From NCBI GenBank assembly GCA_964474755.1, contig CAYYUG010000013.1, positions 1 to 62,453 of the forward strand: a stretch of 62,453 nt of DNA, in the 5' to 3' direction. The notes below the pieces were generated by a model. It was not told the DNA's origin and ran no database searches. It saw only the letters and a program-made list of their open reading frames with translations. The DNA is from an uncultured Rhodospirillaceae bacterium (lineage in GTDB: Bacteria; Pseudomonadota; Alphaproteobacteria; UBA8366; GCA-2717185). This document shows positions 19,380-30,488 of the stretch, piece by piece (within the stretch, counting starts at the first letter, position 1; each line of letters opens with the position of its first letter). The position numbers were made by a program, and so were the translations under genes.

Positions 19380-20408
19380 ATGTCAAATTCACCAATCGTA
19401 ATTTGGGGCGCTGGCGCCATCGGCGGCTGCGTTGGGGCGTTTCTGTCGCGCGCTGGAGAAAACGTTCTCTTCGTTGATCGGGCAGCCGATCATGTTGCAG
19501 CGATGAGCAAATCCGGAATACGTATTTCAGGGCCCGTAGCAGAATTTACTGCCCCGGCGCAGGCCGTGACGACAGATGCGGTCAAAGGCACCTTCAACAC
19601 AATTTTCCTGTGCGTCAAAGGCCAGGACACCGTTGGCGCCGTCGAGGCACTGAAGCCGCATCTGTCCGAAGACGGTTGTGTAGTTTCGTTACAGAATGGC
19701 CTCAACGAGCCGGTGATTGCCGACCTGATAGGTGTCAAGAGCACCGTCGGTGCATTCATTAATTTTGGTGCCGATTATCACGAACCAGGACATATTTTCT
19801 ACGGCGGGCGCAGTGCCGTCGTTGTCGGTGAAGTTGACGGTTCGGTTAGACCACGTACTGAGCGGTTGCATGCGCTTCTCAAAATTTTTGAGGAAAATGC
19901 GCTCCTGACGGATAATATTTCGGGCTATTTGTGGAGCAAGATGGCCTACATATCGCTGTTGTTTGCTACCGCACTGGTCGATGCGACTATTGATGAGGTG
20001 ATGGCGGCCGTTCCCCACCGGCCGATGTTAGAGGCCTTGGCGAGAGAAGTTGTGTCCGTCGCCGAGGCAAAAGGGTTGAGCCTCGAAAGTTTTGATCCGT
20101 TCGAGCCGTCCGGCTTCGTAAGAGATGCCGATGCGTCGGCGACGCGTGCGGCATTCGATAAGATGGTCGACTACCGCCACAGGTCAGAGAAAAGGCATAG
20201 CGGTATGTGGCGTGATATCGCCGTTCGCAAACGTAAAACCGAGGTGAACCAACTTTTGGTACCGATGGCAGAGGAAGCCGATGCGCAAGGCGTGCCCGTA
20301 CCACTCAACAAACGGATGATCGAGTTAGTCTATGACATCGAAGAAGGCCGCCGTCCACAGAGCTGGGATAACTTGAAAGTACTCGAAGCCGAAATAGGTC
20401 GAGAGTAG
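19380..20408 (+). CDS. Ketopantoate reductase (PanE/ApbA)-family oxidoreductase
   Basis: WGAGAIGG, LCVK, SLQNGL, WSKM, RKTEV. Confidence 0.88.
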   Translation: MSNSPIVIWGAGAIGGCVGAFLSRAGENVLFVDRAADHVAAMSKSGIRISGPVAEFTAPAQAVTTDAVKGTFNTIFLCVKGQDTVGAVEALKPHLSEDGCVVSLQNGLNEPVIADLIGVKSTVGAFINFGADYHEPGHIFYGGRSAVVVGEVDGSVRPRTERLHALLKIFEENALLTDNISGYLWSKMAYISLLFATALVDATIDEVMAAVPHRPMLEALAREVVSVAEAKGLSLESFDPFEPSGFVRDADASATRAAFDKMVDYRHRSEKRHSGMWRDIAVRKRKTEVNQLLVPMAEEADAQGVPVPLNKRMIELVYDIEEGRRPQSWDNLKVLEAEIGRE

Positions 20409-20430
20409 AGATCCGAGAAAGGAAACACTA

Positions 20431-22092
20431 ATGCGTAAATCCGCTGCCCACGTTTTGGCTGCGACTTTGGATGCACACGGTGCGGACGTCGCCTATTGCG
20501 TGCCGGGCGAAAGCTATCTGCCGCTGACCGACGCGTTCCTCGATTTCCCGAATATGCAGCTAGTGGTGTGTCGACATGAGGCCGGGGCGGGGCTCATGGC
20601 CTGCGCCCATGCGCGGCTGCGCAATGAGCCGGGGGTATGCGTTATCAGTCGCGGGCCCGGCGCGATGAATGCCGCGATTGCGCTTCATGTAGCCTATCAC
20701 GACGCTGAGCCCGTTGTGTTCCTGGTGGGCCAGGCGGATCTCGATGAATTAGGTCGAATGACGCTGCAGGAAATGAACTATTCCAAGACCTTCTCTGACA
20801 CCGCGAAGATGGTAATTGAGGTGGTCCACTCGAGCCAGGTTGGCGAGGCGGTGGCGCGCGCCTTCCATGTGGCGCAGGCAGGTACACCGGGACCGGTTGT
20901 AGTAGTCCTGCCGGAAGATATCCTCTACGGTGAAACGGAGGCGGAGCCGCTGGGGCCGCGGCCATTGAACCGTCTGGCACCATCGCCGGAGGATACAGAG
21001 CAGGCGCTGCAGCTGCTGTGTGATGCGGAGAAGCCGCTGGTCATCGCTGGTGGTCGCCTACATGGGTCGGCGGCGCTTGGCGCGCTCACCGAATTTGCGG
21101 AGATTTTCAATTTGCCGGTGGCGGTGTCGCAACGGCGGTTCCACGTTTTCGACAGCCGGCATCCGAACAGCGCCGGCCGGCTAGCCAACCGTGCTCCAGC
21201 GGAACTACTTAGCGTGATGAAAGAATCCGACCTGCTGGTTGTGATCGGTGAGCGGATCGGTCCGTCGACGAGCCAGGGCTACAGTTTTCCGCGGGCGCCG
21301 GTCCCTGATCAGAACATGATCCATGTCTGGCCCGACCCGGTCGAGGTGGGCCGTGTCTTCCAGCCGACCCTGGGCCTTGGCTGCGATACGCATGAATTTC
21401 TAAAGGCGATGCTGACGGCTGGACCGGGTGCGATGCCTGTGGCGCGTAAAGACTGGGTCAAGCGGCTGAACGATGTGCACAATTCGGTAATGGAATGGGA
21501 TGCCGTTTCCGCCAACGACGGGGTCGTATACGGCCATGTCATAGCGGCGATTAACAAGCATTTAACCAAAGATGCGGTTGTCACGACTGATGCCGGTAAC
21601 TTTTCTAGCTGGCCGGCGCGGTTCTTACATATGGGACAGGACAATCTGTTTATTGGCGCGACCGTCGGTGCAATGGGGCCAGGCGTGCCCTCTGGCGTCG
21701 CGGCGGGATTGTCCTCGCCGGGCCGACAGATTGTCGTCTTTGTCGGCGATGGTGGTGTGATGATGACGGGGAACGAACTCGCAACGGCTGTGCAATACGG
21801 TGTGCCGGTCAAAATTTTTGTCGCTAATAACAGCGCCTTTGGGACGATCCGTATGCATCAGGCGAAGGCCTTCCCGGGCCGTGTTTCTGCCACAACAACC
21901 TTGCGGAACCCGAATTTTAAAGCATGGGGCGAAGCGTTCGGCGCAAAAGGATTTCTGATCGAGTCTGAGGCCGATGCGGAAACGGTGGTTGCGGAAGCCA
22001 TGGCATATGATGGGCCTGCTGTGATCGAAACACGTATCAGTCTTAACCATATTTCGCCGTCTGCGCGTATAGATGAAATAGAGTCGCGTTAG
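20431..22092 (+). CDS. Thiamine-pyrophosphate enzyme, acetolactate synthase-like
   Basis: VPGESYL, CRHEAGA, SRGPG, TPP motif GDGG..NN. Confidence 0.92.
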   Translation: MRKSAAHVLAATLDAHGADVAYCVPGESYLPLTDAFLDFPNMQLVVCRHEAGAGLMACAHARLRNEPGVCVISRGPGAMNAAIALHVAYHDAEPVVFLVGQADLDELGRMTLQEMNYSKTFSDTAKMVIEVVHSSQVGEAVARAFHVAQAGTPGPVVVVLPEDILYGETEAEPLGPRPLNRLAPSPEDTEQALQLLCDAEKPLVIAGGRLHGSAALGALTEFAEIFNLPVAVSQRRFHVFDSRHPNSAGRLANRAPAELLSVMKESDLLVVIGERIGPSTSQGYSFPRAPVPDQNMIHVWPDPVEVGRVFQPTLGLGCDTHEFLKAMLTAGPGAMPVARKDWVKRLNDVHNSVMEWDAVSANDGVVYGHVIAAINKHLTKDAVVTTDAGNFSSWPARFLHMGQDNLFIGATVGAMGPGVPSGVAAGLSSPGRQIVVFVGDGGVMMTGNELATAVQYGVPVKIFVANNSAFGTIRMHQAKAFPGRVSATTTLRNPNFKAWGEAFGAKGFLIESEADAETVVAEAMAYDGPAVIETRISLNHISPSARIDEIESR

Positions 22093-22395
22093 GTTGGATC
22101 GCCTTAGCTAAAAATCCCAAATTTCAGAGGAGCGGGAGATAGTCAGCGTACTGTCTTCTTTGACGGTATGACACTAAAACAACTAGAATTGTGAAAAATG
22201 TGAACCTTGGTTTTCGACCAAAAACGAGTATTTTAATGACAGGGAGGCAATAGTTAGCAATCTCTGGAATTGGGGCCGATGAACCCTAATAAATTGGATG
22301 GAGAAACATTGAAGGAGAATGATTATTCTCTGTGCTTGTTCGACATTGAGGTTCTATTTGGATAATCAAGTATTACCCAAGGCCAAGCGAGAGCG

Positions 22396-23247
22396 CTACT
22401 TCGCATCTTTATCCATGATTGTGGTGCGATGCATATGACGGGTCTGTTCTGGCCTGTAATCGCCCACCGCGCAATGCATTAGAGAGCGGTTGTCCCAGAG
22501 TACAAGATCGTTTGCGCGCCAGTTATGGCGATAGAAAAACTGAGGCTTGATCATATGGTCGTAAAGATAAGACAGGATTGCGTCGCTTTCGTCGTAAGAC
22601 AATTCGTTGATGCGCACGGTGAAGCCCGGATTAACAAATAGGCATTGGCGGCCAGTTTCCGGATGGAGCCGGATGACTGGATGCTCAACCGATGGTCGAG
22701 CGGCGAAGATTTCTTCTGAAATTGGCATCGTTCCAGGAATTCGCTTGGAGAAGGTTTCGTACGCGTGGCGGAAATCATGGATTGCTGTCTTGTCAGACAG
22801 GAACGCCTTCATCGGTTCCGATAGGGCCTCATAGGACGCAGCAGTATGTGCGAACAGTGTATCGCCGCCGGTGTCCGGAACTTCCATCGCATACATGACC
22901 GATCCTTTTGAGGGCACCTTTTCGTAGGTTAGATCGGAGTGCCAGTATTGTCCCGCATTGGGACGACCCTGGGGAACTCCTTTTTCGACCTTATTTGACA
23001 GTCGGTAGATCTCTGGTTGGCCTTCCAATAGATCATCTTTCAACACATGAACCATTAGCTTGCCGAAGCGACGGCTAAAATCGGCGTGTTGCTCCGGTGT
23101 GATGTTTTGGTCGCGAATGACGACGACCGAGTGTTGGTTGAAGGACTCGTAAATCGCGCTAAATTCTTGATTGTCCAAATTCGCGACATCGACACCGGTA
23201 ATTTCGGCGCCGAGGCTTGGCGTCATCTGGCGCAGTGACAAGGTCAT
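22396..23247 (-). CDS. TauD-family Fe(II)/2OG dioxygenase
   Basis: LGAEITGVD, WHSD, GGDTLFA, HPETGR, WDNRSLMH. Confidence 0.95.
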   Translation of the reverse strand: MTLSLRQMTPSLGAEITGVDVANLDNQEFSAIYESFNQHSVVVIRDQNITPEQHADFSRRFGKLMVHVLKDDLLEGQPEIYRLSNKVEKGVPQGRPNAGQYWHSDLTYEKVPSKGSVMYAMEVPDTGGDTLFAHTAASYEALSEPMKAFLSDKTAIHDFRHAYETFSKRIPGTMPISEEIFAARPSVEHPVIRLHPETGRQCLFVNPGFTVRINELSYDESDAILSYLYDHMIKPQFFYRHNWRANDLVLWDNRSLMHCAVGDYRPEQTRHMHRTTIMDKDAK

Positions 23248-23319
23248 TTTCTAGAGTCCTTCTATATTTACTGTCTAGAAGCTAAATCTATCTCATCAGG
23301 TTGGCGTTACAAAACGCCA

Positions 23320-24330
23320 CTATTCATCCGGTCGATCGAACAAGGTCACAGTCGTACCGATATCCCTGGCATTTGCCTCGGTGAGGATCTGGCTTCCCAG
23401 CATGATGTCGCTTATCGCAAAGCCGCGGTGCCAGAGAACGATCAAACCATCGCTCTCCTCACGGCCGGAAATATTACCGGCGGTTATTTCTCCAATCTCA
23501 CCGTGAATTCCCTCACGGGTTAGCTCGCCGCGCTCAATCATTGGCTGCAACTGGCCGCCCTTGCAGCACTGCTCCCAATCGTCGACGACGACCTTCGATG
23601 CCCGCAGCACGGTTTTTGGGTCGGTGGCCATAACCCAGCCATAGGTGATCAGCAAGCAATCATCTTTGAGCCATTCATCCCTGATCAGCACTTCTGTTTT
23701 TTCCAGCCTTGTCGCCTCGATCACGATGTCGGCGTCACGAACGGCACTCTCTGCATCGTCAACGGCGACGGCTGCGATACCAAGTTTCGACTCTATTTCA
23801 GAAACCAACGCCTTGCGCGTTTCCGGCCGCTTGCTGTTTACGCGTACTTCCGCGATATCGAAATTCTCCTTCAGTGCGGCGATATTGGAGAAGGCCGTGC
23901 CGCGAGCTCCGATATGGCCGACAATCTTGGAAGAAGGTCTTGCCAGGTGTTTTGCTCCTATGCCGGTAACGGCACCAGTGCGATGCGTCGTGATGTCGGT
24001 TGCATCCATGATAGCGCGCGGAATACCAAGTTGTGGATCGTAGAGGGTCAGTAATCCGACCTCGGAGGGTAGGCCGTGGCGGTAATTGTCCACATAATCG
24101 CCAACCACTTTTACGCCTGCCATATCGTTTGGGCCAGACCAGCCGACCAGAACGTTGAAGTGGCCGTTATACCGGTCGTCTAGACGGATGTGTGATTTCG
24201 GTGGCAGCACGATGTCGCTATTACCATGTGCGGTCAGGCCTGTTTCCACCCGTTCCAGGATAACATTCATCGGAGGCATTACTGATGCGACCTCGTCGCG
24301 CGTCAGTAGGCGAAACTCGACCTTTGCCAT
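23320..24330 (-). CDS. Ornithine cyclodeaminase/mu-crystallin family (imine reductase-like)
   Basis: GVKVV..N..GLP, ITTHRTGA, HIGARG, VVDDW, GFAISD. Confidence 0.9.
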   Translation of the reverse strand: MAKVEFRLLTRDEVASVMPPMNVILERVETGLTAHGNSDIVLPPKSHIRLDDRYNGHFNVLVGWSGPNDMAGVKVVGDYVDNYRHGLPSEVGLLTLYDPQLGIPRAIMDATDITTHRTGAVTGIGAKHLARPSSKIVGHIGARGTAFSNIAALKENFDIAEVRVNSKRPETRKALVSEIESKLGIAAVAVDDAESAVRDADIVIEATRLEKTEVLIRDEWLKDDCLLITYGWVMATDPKTVLRASKVVVDDWEQCCKGGQLQPMIERGELTREGIHGEIGEITAGNISGREESDGLIVLWHRGFAISDIMLGSQILTEANARDIGTTVTLFDRPDE

Positions 24331-24504
24331 GGCTGTGGGTCCTTTCTCAGTAGTACAGAAATACCGTAAGCGAGTGCTGCTTAAAATTTAACGATTTGCC
24401 AGCTATTCACCTTTGCCTATAGAGTCTTGCGTCTGGATAAAAAGAGCCGAATTTTACGGCCGACCTAAGTTCTACAGCATGGAATCATAGAGGGAGGCAA
24501 TATC

Positions 24505-25527
24505 ATGAATTTCCGAAAGACAATCCTTGCGACCAGCGCACTCGCTTTGTGCGGGTTTCTGTCGGTTGCCGCACAAGCGCGCGACGAGGTGCGGGTCCCC
24601 GCATTAACCGCACCATTCGGCGCCGGCATCCACGAGCAGGTAGTGATTTTTGAGCGTTTGATTGCCAAGAAGCATCCTTGGTTGCGCCTTGTGGCGCAGG
24701 AATCGCCGGGTTACGTCTACAACGTAAAGGAAATGGGATCGAACAAGAAGCGTGAAAAGACGACCGTGACTTGGACCAGCACCGGTGCACTTTGGGCTGG
24801 CGATACGGCAGCGAAGGGTTTTTTCCAAAAACGAATTCCGCGCGATACATTCCGCTGGCTGATGACGCGATCCAGCAACTGCATTTGGTTTTTGAGCCTC
24901 GATGATTCCATCAAGTCGATTAAGGATTTCAGCGGTAAGCGCATCGGCCTCGGTCGCCGCTCGCAGACACACTGGGGCCTATTCACGACCAAGGCGATCG
25001 AGGTTGGCTATGGTGTCAAAGACGCTAAACTTGAATACCTTGGCAACAATGCCGGTATGTCAGCGTTGTTGGATGGCCGTGTAGACGTAGCGGTTGGATT
25101 GACAACCAATACGTCCGATCTTGAGATCGTCTTCCCGACGGGTCCGGTCCGCAAGATCAACGCGTCTGGTCGGAAGTATGTGAACATTCCGATCTCCAGT
25201 GCGGCTGTAGCAAAGGTGAATAAGGAATTGAACTCACCTTTTGTCTCGCATTCCTTCCCAGCTGGAACAGTACCCAAGCAGACGGAGACTTTGGAATGTA
25301 TGGGTGATTTTGCAATGCTCGCGTCACACCGTAATTTTCCGGACGATATCGCACACGCCGTGACCACCGCCTACCTGATGGTTGGCGATGATGCGGGTAA
25401 ATACCTCGGTGGCGGCAAACTCTATCGCCGTAAGAGCATGTGTGTGGTGCCGCCAGGTATCGAAGCTCATCCGGCGTCTTTGAAGGCCTGTAAGGACTTC
25501 GGTCTAGAACCAAAAATCCTGAAATAA
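24505..25527 (+). CDS. TAXI-family TRAP transporter solute-binding protein
   Basis: Signal peptide, SIKSIKDFSGKRIGLG, ALLDGRVD; adjacent to a fused TRAP permease. Confidence 0.85.
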   Translation: MNFRKTILATSALALCGFLSVAAQARDEVRVPALTAPFGAGIHEQVVIFERLIAKKHPWLRLVAQESPGYVYNVKEMGSNKKREKTTVTWTSTGALWAGDTAAKGFFQKRIPRDTFRWLMTRSSNCIWFLSLDDSIKSIKDFSGKRIGLGRRSQTHWGLFTTKAIEVGYGVKDAKLEYLGNNAGMSALLDGRVDVAVGLTTNTSDLEIVFPTGPVRKINASGRKYVNIPISSAAVAKVNKELNSPFVSHSFPAGTVPKQTETLECMGDFAMLASHRNFPDDIAHAVTTAYLMVGDDAGKYLGGGKLYRRKSMCVVPPGIEAHPASLKACKDFGLEPKILK

Positions 25528-25556
25528 GAACGAGATAGCGCTGTAGAACAGCCTGG

Positions 25557-27482
25557 GTGGATTCGTCCACCCAGGCACAGCGCATAGCCATGATCCGAGA
25601 AAAGAGCATTAAGATCGTTGACCGTTTATTGGTCGTGATTGGTGTTGCTGCAGTCATCTACCACCTAACGATGGTGCAATGGCAGCTTCAAGGCTCCACC
25701 GACCACTACATCACGCATGCGTTTTTGGTGATGCTGATCGCGGCGTTGGCTGCGCTCTCCGATGGTTGGAAAGCGTGGGGTCACTGGCGCGGAAGGGTGA
25801 AGTCGGTACTGGCAATCATATGCATTGTTACGACGTTCGTGACCTTGGGCTATTTCCGACAGAACGCCATCGAAATCGAGATGTCGCAGCCCTACATTAC
25901 GGACGCTGCGATATGGGTTACCGGTGTGATGGTCGGCACAGTCGTGATCTTAAGCTGGATTCATTGGGGTTGGATCATAAGTTCGCTGACACTGCTCAGC
26001 ATTGCCTATTTTCTCTGGGGTCATCTGATACCGGGACCGATGGGCCATCCCGAACTCTCTTATCAAGAGATGTTTTCCTATATGGGCGGCAGCCTCACTA
26101 CGGGCATGTTCGGCCATGTCGTGCAAGTCTCTGCTAATGTGATTTTTCTGTTTGTCATCTTTGGGTCTTTGTTTCGTTACACCGGCGTTCTGCCGCTGTT
26201 TCTGGAAATCGGAAAATATGTTGGGAACGTATTCCGAGGAGGGGCTGCCTTCCCGGCGGTAATAGGCAGCGGTTTTATGGGAACAGTTACTGGCGCTGCC
26301 GTCGCCAATGTCATTCTGACTGGCAGTGCCACCATACCAATGATGAAGAAGACTGGCTTCCGCAAGGAACACGCGGCGGCGATTGAGGCAGTGGCCTCTA
26401 CGGGAGGGCAGATCGTGCCGCCAATCATGGGATCGGCCGCCTTCCTGATGGCAGCCTTCCTAGAGGTTCCCTATCCGGTGATCATGTTGAAAGCCGTGAT
26501 ACCGGCCTTCCTCTACTATGTGGGTGCCGGTGTAGGCGTGTTCTTCTTGGTGCGGGCAGCGCAGCTCAATCCGCCGAAAATGGAAGTCGACATTCGTCTT
26601 ATCCTAACTACGGCGCCGGTCTTCGTTATCCCAATGACCCTCGTCATCTGGATGCTGCTGCAATATTATTCGGCCGGTTTAGCTGCGTTCTACGGCATTA
26701 TCCTTATGGTCGCACTGGCGCTTATTCGCAAAGAGGGGCGGCCGAAACTTAGCGACTGGATCGAAGGCTTTGCAGATGCGGCCAAGATGGCCTCGTTGCT
26801 AGCGATCATAATCTTGTTGGTAGGCATTCTTATGCAGACAGCGCTTACCACGAATATTGCGACCAAACTAAGTCAAACCATCATCGGCCTTGTTGGCATG
26901 AATTTGCTGCCAATCCTAATCATCTCCGCGGTCATTGCGATCATCGTCGGTATGGAGCTACCAACACCTGCGGCCTATGTCATTATGTTCGTAACGGTGG
27001 TGCCGCTGATGATCGATGTCGGTGTGGATATCTACGCGGCAAATTTCTTCGCATTTTATTTCGCTATTCTGTCTACATTAACACCGCCTGTCGCGCTCTC
27101 GGTATTGGCAGCCAGTCGCCTCGCAGGATGCGGGTTTCTTGAAGCCTGCAAACATTCTCTACGCCTTTCGATCGTCGGTTATCTGTTGCCGTTTGCCATG
27201 GCGTTTACCCCGGCGATCCTCGGTTTCCCCGACAAGGTGGGGACAACAGGCTGGATGGTGGTCAGTGTATTGATCCTTGCCACAATTGCGGGTGGTGCGG
27301 CGCTCTATGGTTATTTCTTGCGGGTTCTCAGTGTCGTAGATCGCTGCATCATGGGAGCGGCCGCTTTATTTGGGCTCGGCTTCGTATTCAACCATAACGA
27401 AGTTACGTTGCTAATATTCTGTGTGCTTTTGTTGATTGGCGGTATCAAGCCGTTCATTGCCAATCTGCGAGAACGCAGATAG
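25557..27482 (+). CDS. TRAP transporter 4TM/12TM fused permease
   Basis: AVANV..TGSATIPMMKKTG..AAAIEAVASTGGQIVPPIMG, TPPVAL. Confidence 0.93.
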   Translation: MDSSTQAQRIAMIREKSIKIVDRLLVVIGVAAVIYHLTMVQWQLQGSTDHYITHAFLVMLIAALAALSDGWKAWGHWRGRVKSVLAIICIVTTFVTLGYFRQNAIEIEMSQPYITDAAIWVTGVMVGTVVILSWIHWGWIISSLTLLSIAYFLWGHLIPGPMGHPELSYQEMFSYMGGSLTTGMFGHVVQVSANVIFLFVIFGSLFRYTGVLPLFLEIGKYVGNVFRGGAAFPAVIGSGFMGTVTGAAVANVILTGSATIPMMKKTGFRKEHAAAIEAVASTGGQIVPPIMGSAAFLMAAFLEVPYPVIMLKAVIPAFLYYVGAGVGVFFLVRAAQLNPPKMEVDIRLILTTAPVFVIPMTLVIWMLLQYYSAGLAAFYGIILMVALALIRKEGRPKLSDWIEGFADAAKMASLLAIIILLVGILMQTALTTNIATKLSQTIIGLVGMNLLPILIISAVIAIIVGMELPTPAAYVIMFVTVVPLMIDVGVDIYAANFFAFYFAILSTLTPPVALSVLAASRLAGCGFLEACKHSLRLSIVGYLLPFAMAFTPAILGFPDKVGTTGWMVVSVLILATIAGGAALYGYFLRVLSVVDRCIMGAAALFGLGFVFNHNEVTLLIFCVLLLIGGIKPFIANLRERR

Positions 27483-27510
27483 TCGGTGCAACGAGAACGA
27501 TGCGGTAATA

Positions 27511-29145
27511 GTGACGCTGTCGTCTTTTTATGAAATGGATTGGCAAGGCGTAACGATTGGCGAAGCGTTGCGCCGCTCGGCGGTGCGTTGGCCGGGAAGC
27601 GAATTCCTTGTCGGCGACGGAGAGCGTATCGTCTATACGGATTTTGATGCGCGTGTTGACCGGCTGGCTTCGGGATTACTTCAGCTTGGCTTGGGTAGGG
27701 GAGACAAGGTTGCCGTCTGGTTGACAAATAGTCCTTGTTGGGTGCTGACCTGGTTTGCCTGCTGCCGTATCGGGGCAACGGTCGTCTCAATTAACACAAG
27801 GTATAAGACCGACGAGGTGGCCTTCATCCTAGAGCAGTCGGATGCAAAGATCCTAGTCGCGATGCCGCGCTTTTGGGATATCGACTATCTGAGCATGATC
27901 GGCGAAATGGCGCCGAATTTCGAGGAAGGTGCCTTACCAAATGCGCGGTTCCCCAATCTGGAAGCAGTATTGCTTTGGAAGGACGAGCGCTATCCCGGCA
28001 CGCAATCTCTGGCGCAAGTTAGTTCGCAACCGTTCGACGAAACAGCGTTGAGGAATGCAGAGGCGGAGATTGATCCTGAAGATCCGGTTGTGATCATCTA
28101 CAGCTCGGGTACGACTGGTGTGCCAAAGGGAGCCATGCATTGCCACCGGGTTTTGATAGAGGGGGGAAACATCGCCCGCGTCATGCAAATGATACCCGGT
28201 GACAAGGTTCTGGGTCATATGCCGTTCTACCATGTAGCCGGCAGTGTCGCGACGCTCATTCCGGCCATGCAGCATGGCTGTGCGATTGTCGTGATGCCGC
28301 AATGGGAGCCTGGCGCGGCACTTAATTTGATCGCGGATGAGCGTATCAACGTGATGGGAGGTATCCCGACACACTTCATCGATTTGTTGCAACAGACCAA
28401 ACATAATCCGCGCGATACGACCTGCTTAAAATCAGCTTGGATCGGTGGCGCACCGGTGACGCCGAAAATTGCTCGTTCGGTCAAGGACACGCTGCATTTC
28501 GATGCACTGCAGGCGGTTTACGGTATGACTGAGACAATGGGCATGACGACGCTCAGTGAATTCGATGCGCCGATAGAGGTGACTTGTGAGAATAAAGGTA
28601 AGCCAATCGGTGATTATGAGATCAAGGTAGTAGACCCAAAGACAGGCGCTGAAAAAGCGGTTGGCGAAAATGGTGAAATCTGGGTTCGCGGCTACCTGGT
28701 CATGTTGGGTTATTACCAGAACGATGAAGCGACCCGGGAGGCGATTACTCCTGAAGGTTGGTTCCGCACCGGTGATCTGGGAAGGTTCGACGAGGAGAAT
28801 TATTTGCAGATCACCGGCCGTGCAAAAGAGATGTTCATCGTTGGCGGCAGCAACGCTTATCCGGCGGAGATCGAACGGTTCTTGGAAACCCATCCGGATG
28901 TAGACCAGGCGGTAGTCTGCGGTGCACCGCACGAGCGGCTTGGCGAGATATGCTTCGCCTTCGTTATGCCCAAGAACGGTACCGTTTTGACGGCTGATGC
29001 CGTGATCGAACATTGTCAGGGATCGATTGCGGACTATAAGGTCCCTCGACGGGTCGATATCGTCGACGATTTCCCGCGCACTTCGACCAATAAAATTCAA
29101 CGCTACCTGCTGCAACGGGAGGCCGAGAGAATTTTAGCAGGCTAG
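27511..29145 (+). CDS. AMP-binding acyl-CoA synthetase
   Basis: YSSGTTGVPKG, YGMTE, FRTGDLG, PRTSTNKI; start uncertain (27511 or 27535). Confidence 0.92.
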   Translation: MTLSSFYEMDWQGVTIGEALRRSAVRWPGSEFLVGDGERIVYTDFDARVDRLASGLLQLGLGRGDKVAVWLTNSPCWVLTWFACCRIGATVVSINTRYKTDEVAFILEQSDAKILVAMPRFWDIDYLSMIGEMAPNFEEGALPNARFPNLEAVLLWKDERYPGTQSLAQVSSQPFDETALRNAEAEIDPEDPVVIIYSSGTTGVPKGAMHCHRVLIEGGNIARVMQMIPGDKVLGHMPFYHVAGSVATLIPAMQHGCAIVVMPQWEPGAALNLIADERINVMGGIPTHFIDLLQQTKHNPRDTTCLKSAWIGGAPVTPKIARSVKDTLHFDALQAVYGMTETMGMTTLSEFDAPIEVTCENKGKPIGDYEIKVVDPKTGAEKAVGENGEIWVRGYLVMLGYYQNDEATREAITPEGWFRTGDLGRFDEENYLQITGRAKEMFIVGGSNAYPAEIERFLETHPDVDQAVVCGAPHERLGEICFAFVMPKNGTVLTADAVIEHCQGSIADYKVPRRVDIVDDFPRTSTNKIQRYLLQREAERILAG

Positions 29146-29267
29146 GGTCGATACAAATTGCAAATGGCAAATTCCATTTCATACAGCGAGAGTGTTTCAT
29201 GGCGCGCGTTTTACGATACTCGACGACGAGGCCTCCGGACACAAACTGGTTGTAGAGTGTTACAACA

Positions 29268-30488
29268 TTACTGAACTACTTTCGTGGACCTGTCTGGCTT
29301 GTGTGCGAGTAAGGCACCGGATTCGACCATGGCTTCGATTTCAGCCCCGCTATATCCGACCTCGCCGAGCAGATCATAGGTATGCTCACCGAGCAGTGGT
29401 GCCCCATGACGGATAGCTGTTGGGGTTCCTTCAAAGCGAGCGGCAGGGCGCGCTTGTCGCAATTTGCCGGCATACGGATGGTCGTGCTCGATGACGATGC
29501 CACTAGCCTGGACCTGAGGGTGGTCGATCATCTGCCGTCGGGTCAGTACAGGGGCGCTGGGCACACCGGCATCTTCAAGAATTTTGAGCCATTCATCGGA
29601 ATTCCGTTCGAGCAGAGCTTCCTGGATTAGATTTAGCCGTTCGTCTGCGTTCTCATCGCGTAAGGCAGGGGTCTTGAAGCGCTCGTCCTTCAAAAGATGT
29701 TCGCGGTTTGCAGCCTTGCAGAAACTGCTCCACTGGTCGTTAGTCATGGTCGAAACGGTGATGTAGTCTGTCTTTGTCTCGTAAATTAGATCGATGAAGG
29801 TTGCTGCTTTCTGAATGCTGACCTCGTTTTCGACGAAGGTCTGGCCTCCCATGTCGGATGACCAAAGAAAAGCAATGATGGAATCGAGCATAGAAACCTT
29901 CACGTGCTGGCCTTTGCCAGATTGCGCGCGTCCGGCAAGGGCGGATGTTACCGCCTGTGCCGCTGTCATACCGGTCAGCTTGTCGGGTAGAATTGTGCGG
30001 ATCAAACGTGGGCGTTCTTTGTCGGATCCGGCTTGTATTGTCGCCAAGCCGGATAGGGCCTGAATGATTGGGTCGTAGACCGGCTTGTGCGCGAATGGCC
30101 CATGCTCACCCCAACCGCTCATTGAGACGTAGATTAGGTCGGACTTGATAGCTCTTAATTCCGGTTCGCCGATGCCGAGCCGTTCGACCACGCCAGGACG
30201 AAAATTTTGAATGAACACGTCGGCTGTGGTGACCAGCTTTTTTAACACCTCGCGTCCCACCTCCGCTTTTACATCTATCACTACCGATCGCTTGTTGCGG
30301 TTGTTGTTTAGGAAGGCCGCGCGCAACCCTTTATGCGAATTTCCGGCATGGCGTGTGTGATCTGGTCGCTGTGGCGCCTCAATTTTGATGACATCCGCCC
30401 CTTGGTCGGCGAGGATCATGGTCGCATAAGGTCCGGCTATTACATTGGTGAAATCGATAATCCGGTAACCTTCGAGCGGTCCTGGCAT
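29268..30488 (-). CDS. CaiB/BaiF family III CoA-transferase
   Basis: GPLEGYRIID, AGPYATMILADQGADVIKIE, NRNKRS, NFRPG. Confidence 0.95.
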   Translation of the reverse strand: MPGPLEGYRIIDFTNVIAGPYATMILADQGADVIKIEAPQRPDHTRHAGNSHKGLRAAFLNNNRNKRSVVIDVKAEVGREVLKKLVTTADVFIQNFRPGVVERLGIGEPELRAIKSDLIYVSMSGWGEHGPFAHKPVYDPIIQALSGLATIQAGSDKERPRLIRTILPDKLTGMTAAQAVTSALAGRAQSGKGQHVKVSMLDSIIAFLWSSDMGGQTFVENEVSIQKAATFIDLIYETKTDYITVSTMTNDQWSSFCKAANREHLLKDERFKTPALRDENADERLNLIQEALLERNSDEWLKILEDAGVPSAPVLTRRQMIDHPQVQASGIVIEHDHPYAGKLRQARPAARFEGTPTAIRHGAPLLGEHTYDLLGEVGYSGAEIEAMVESGALLAHKPDRSTKVVQ

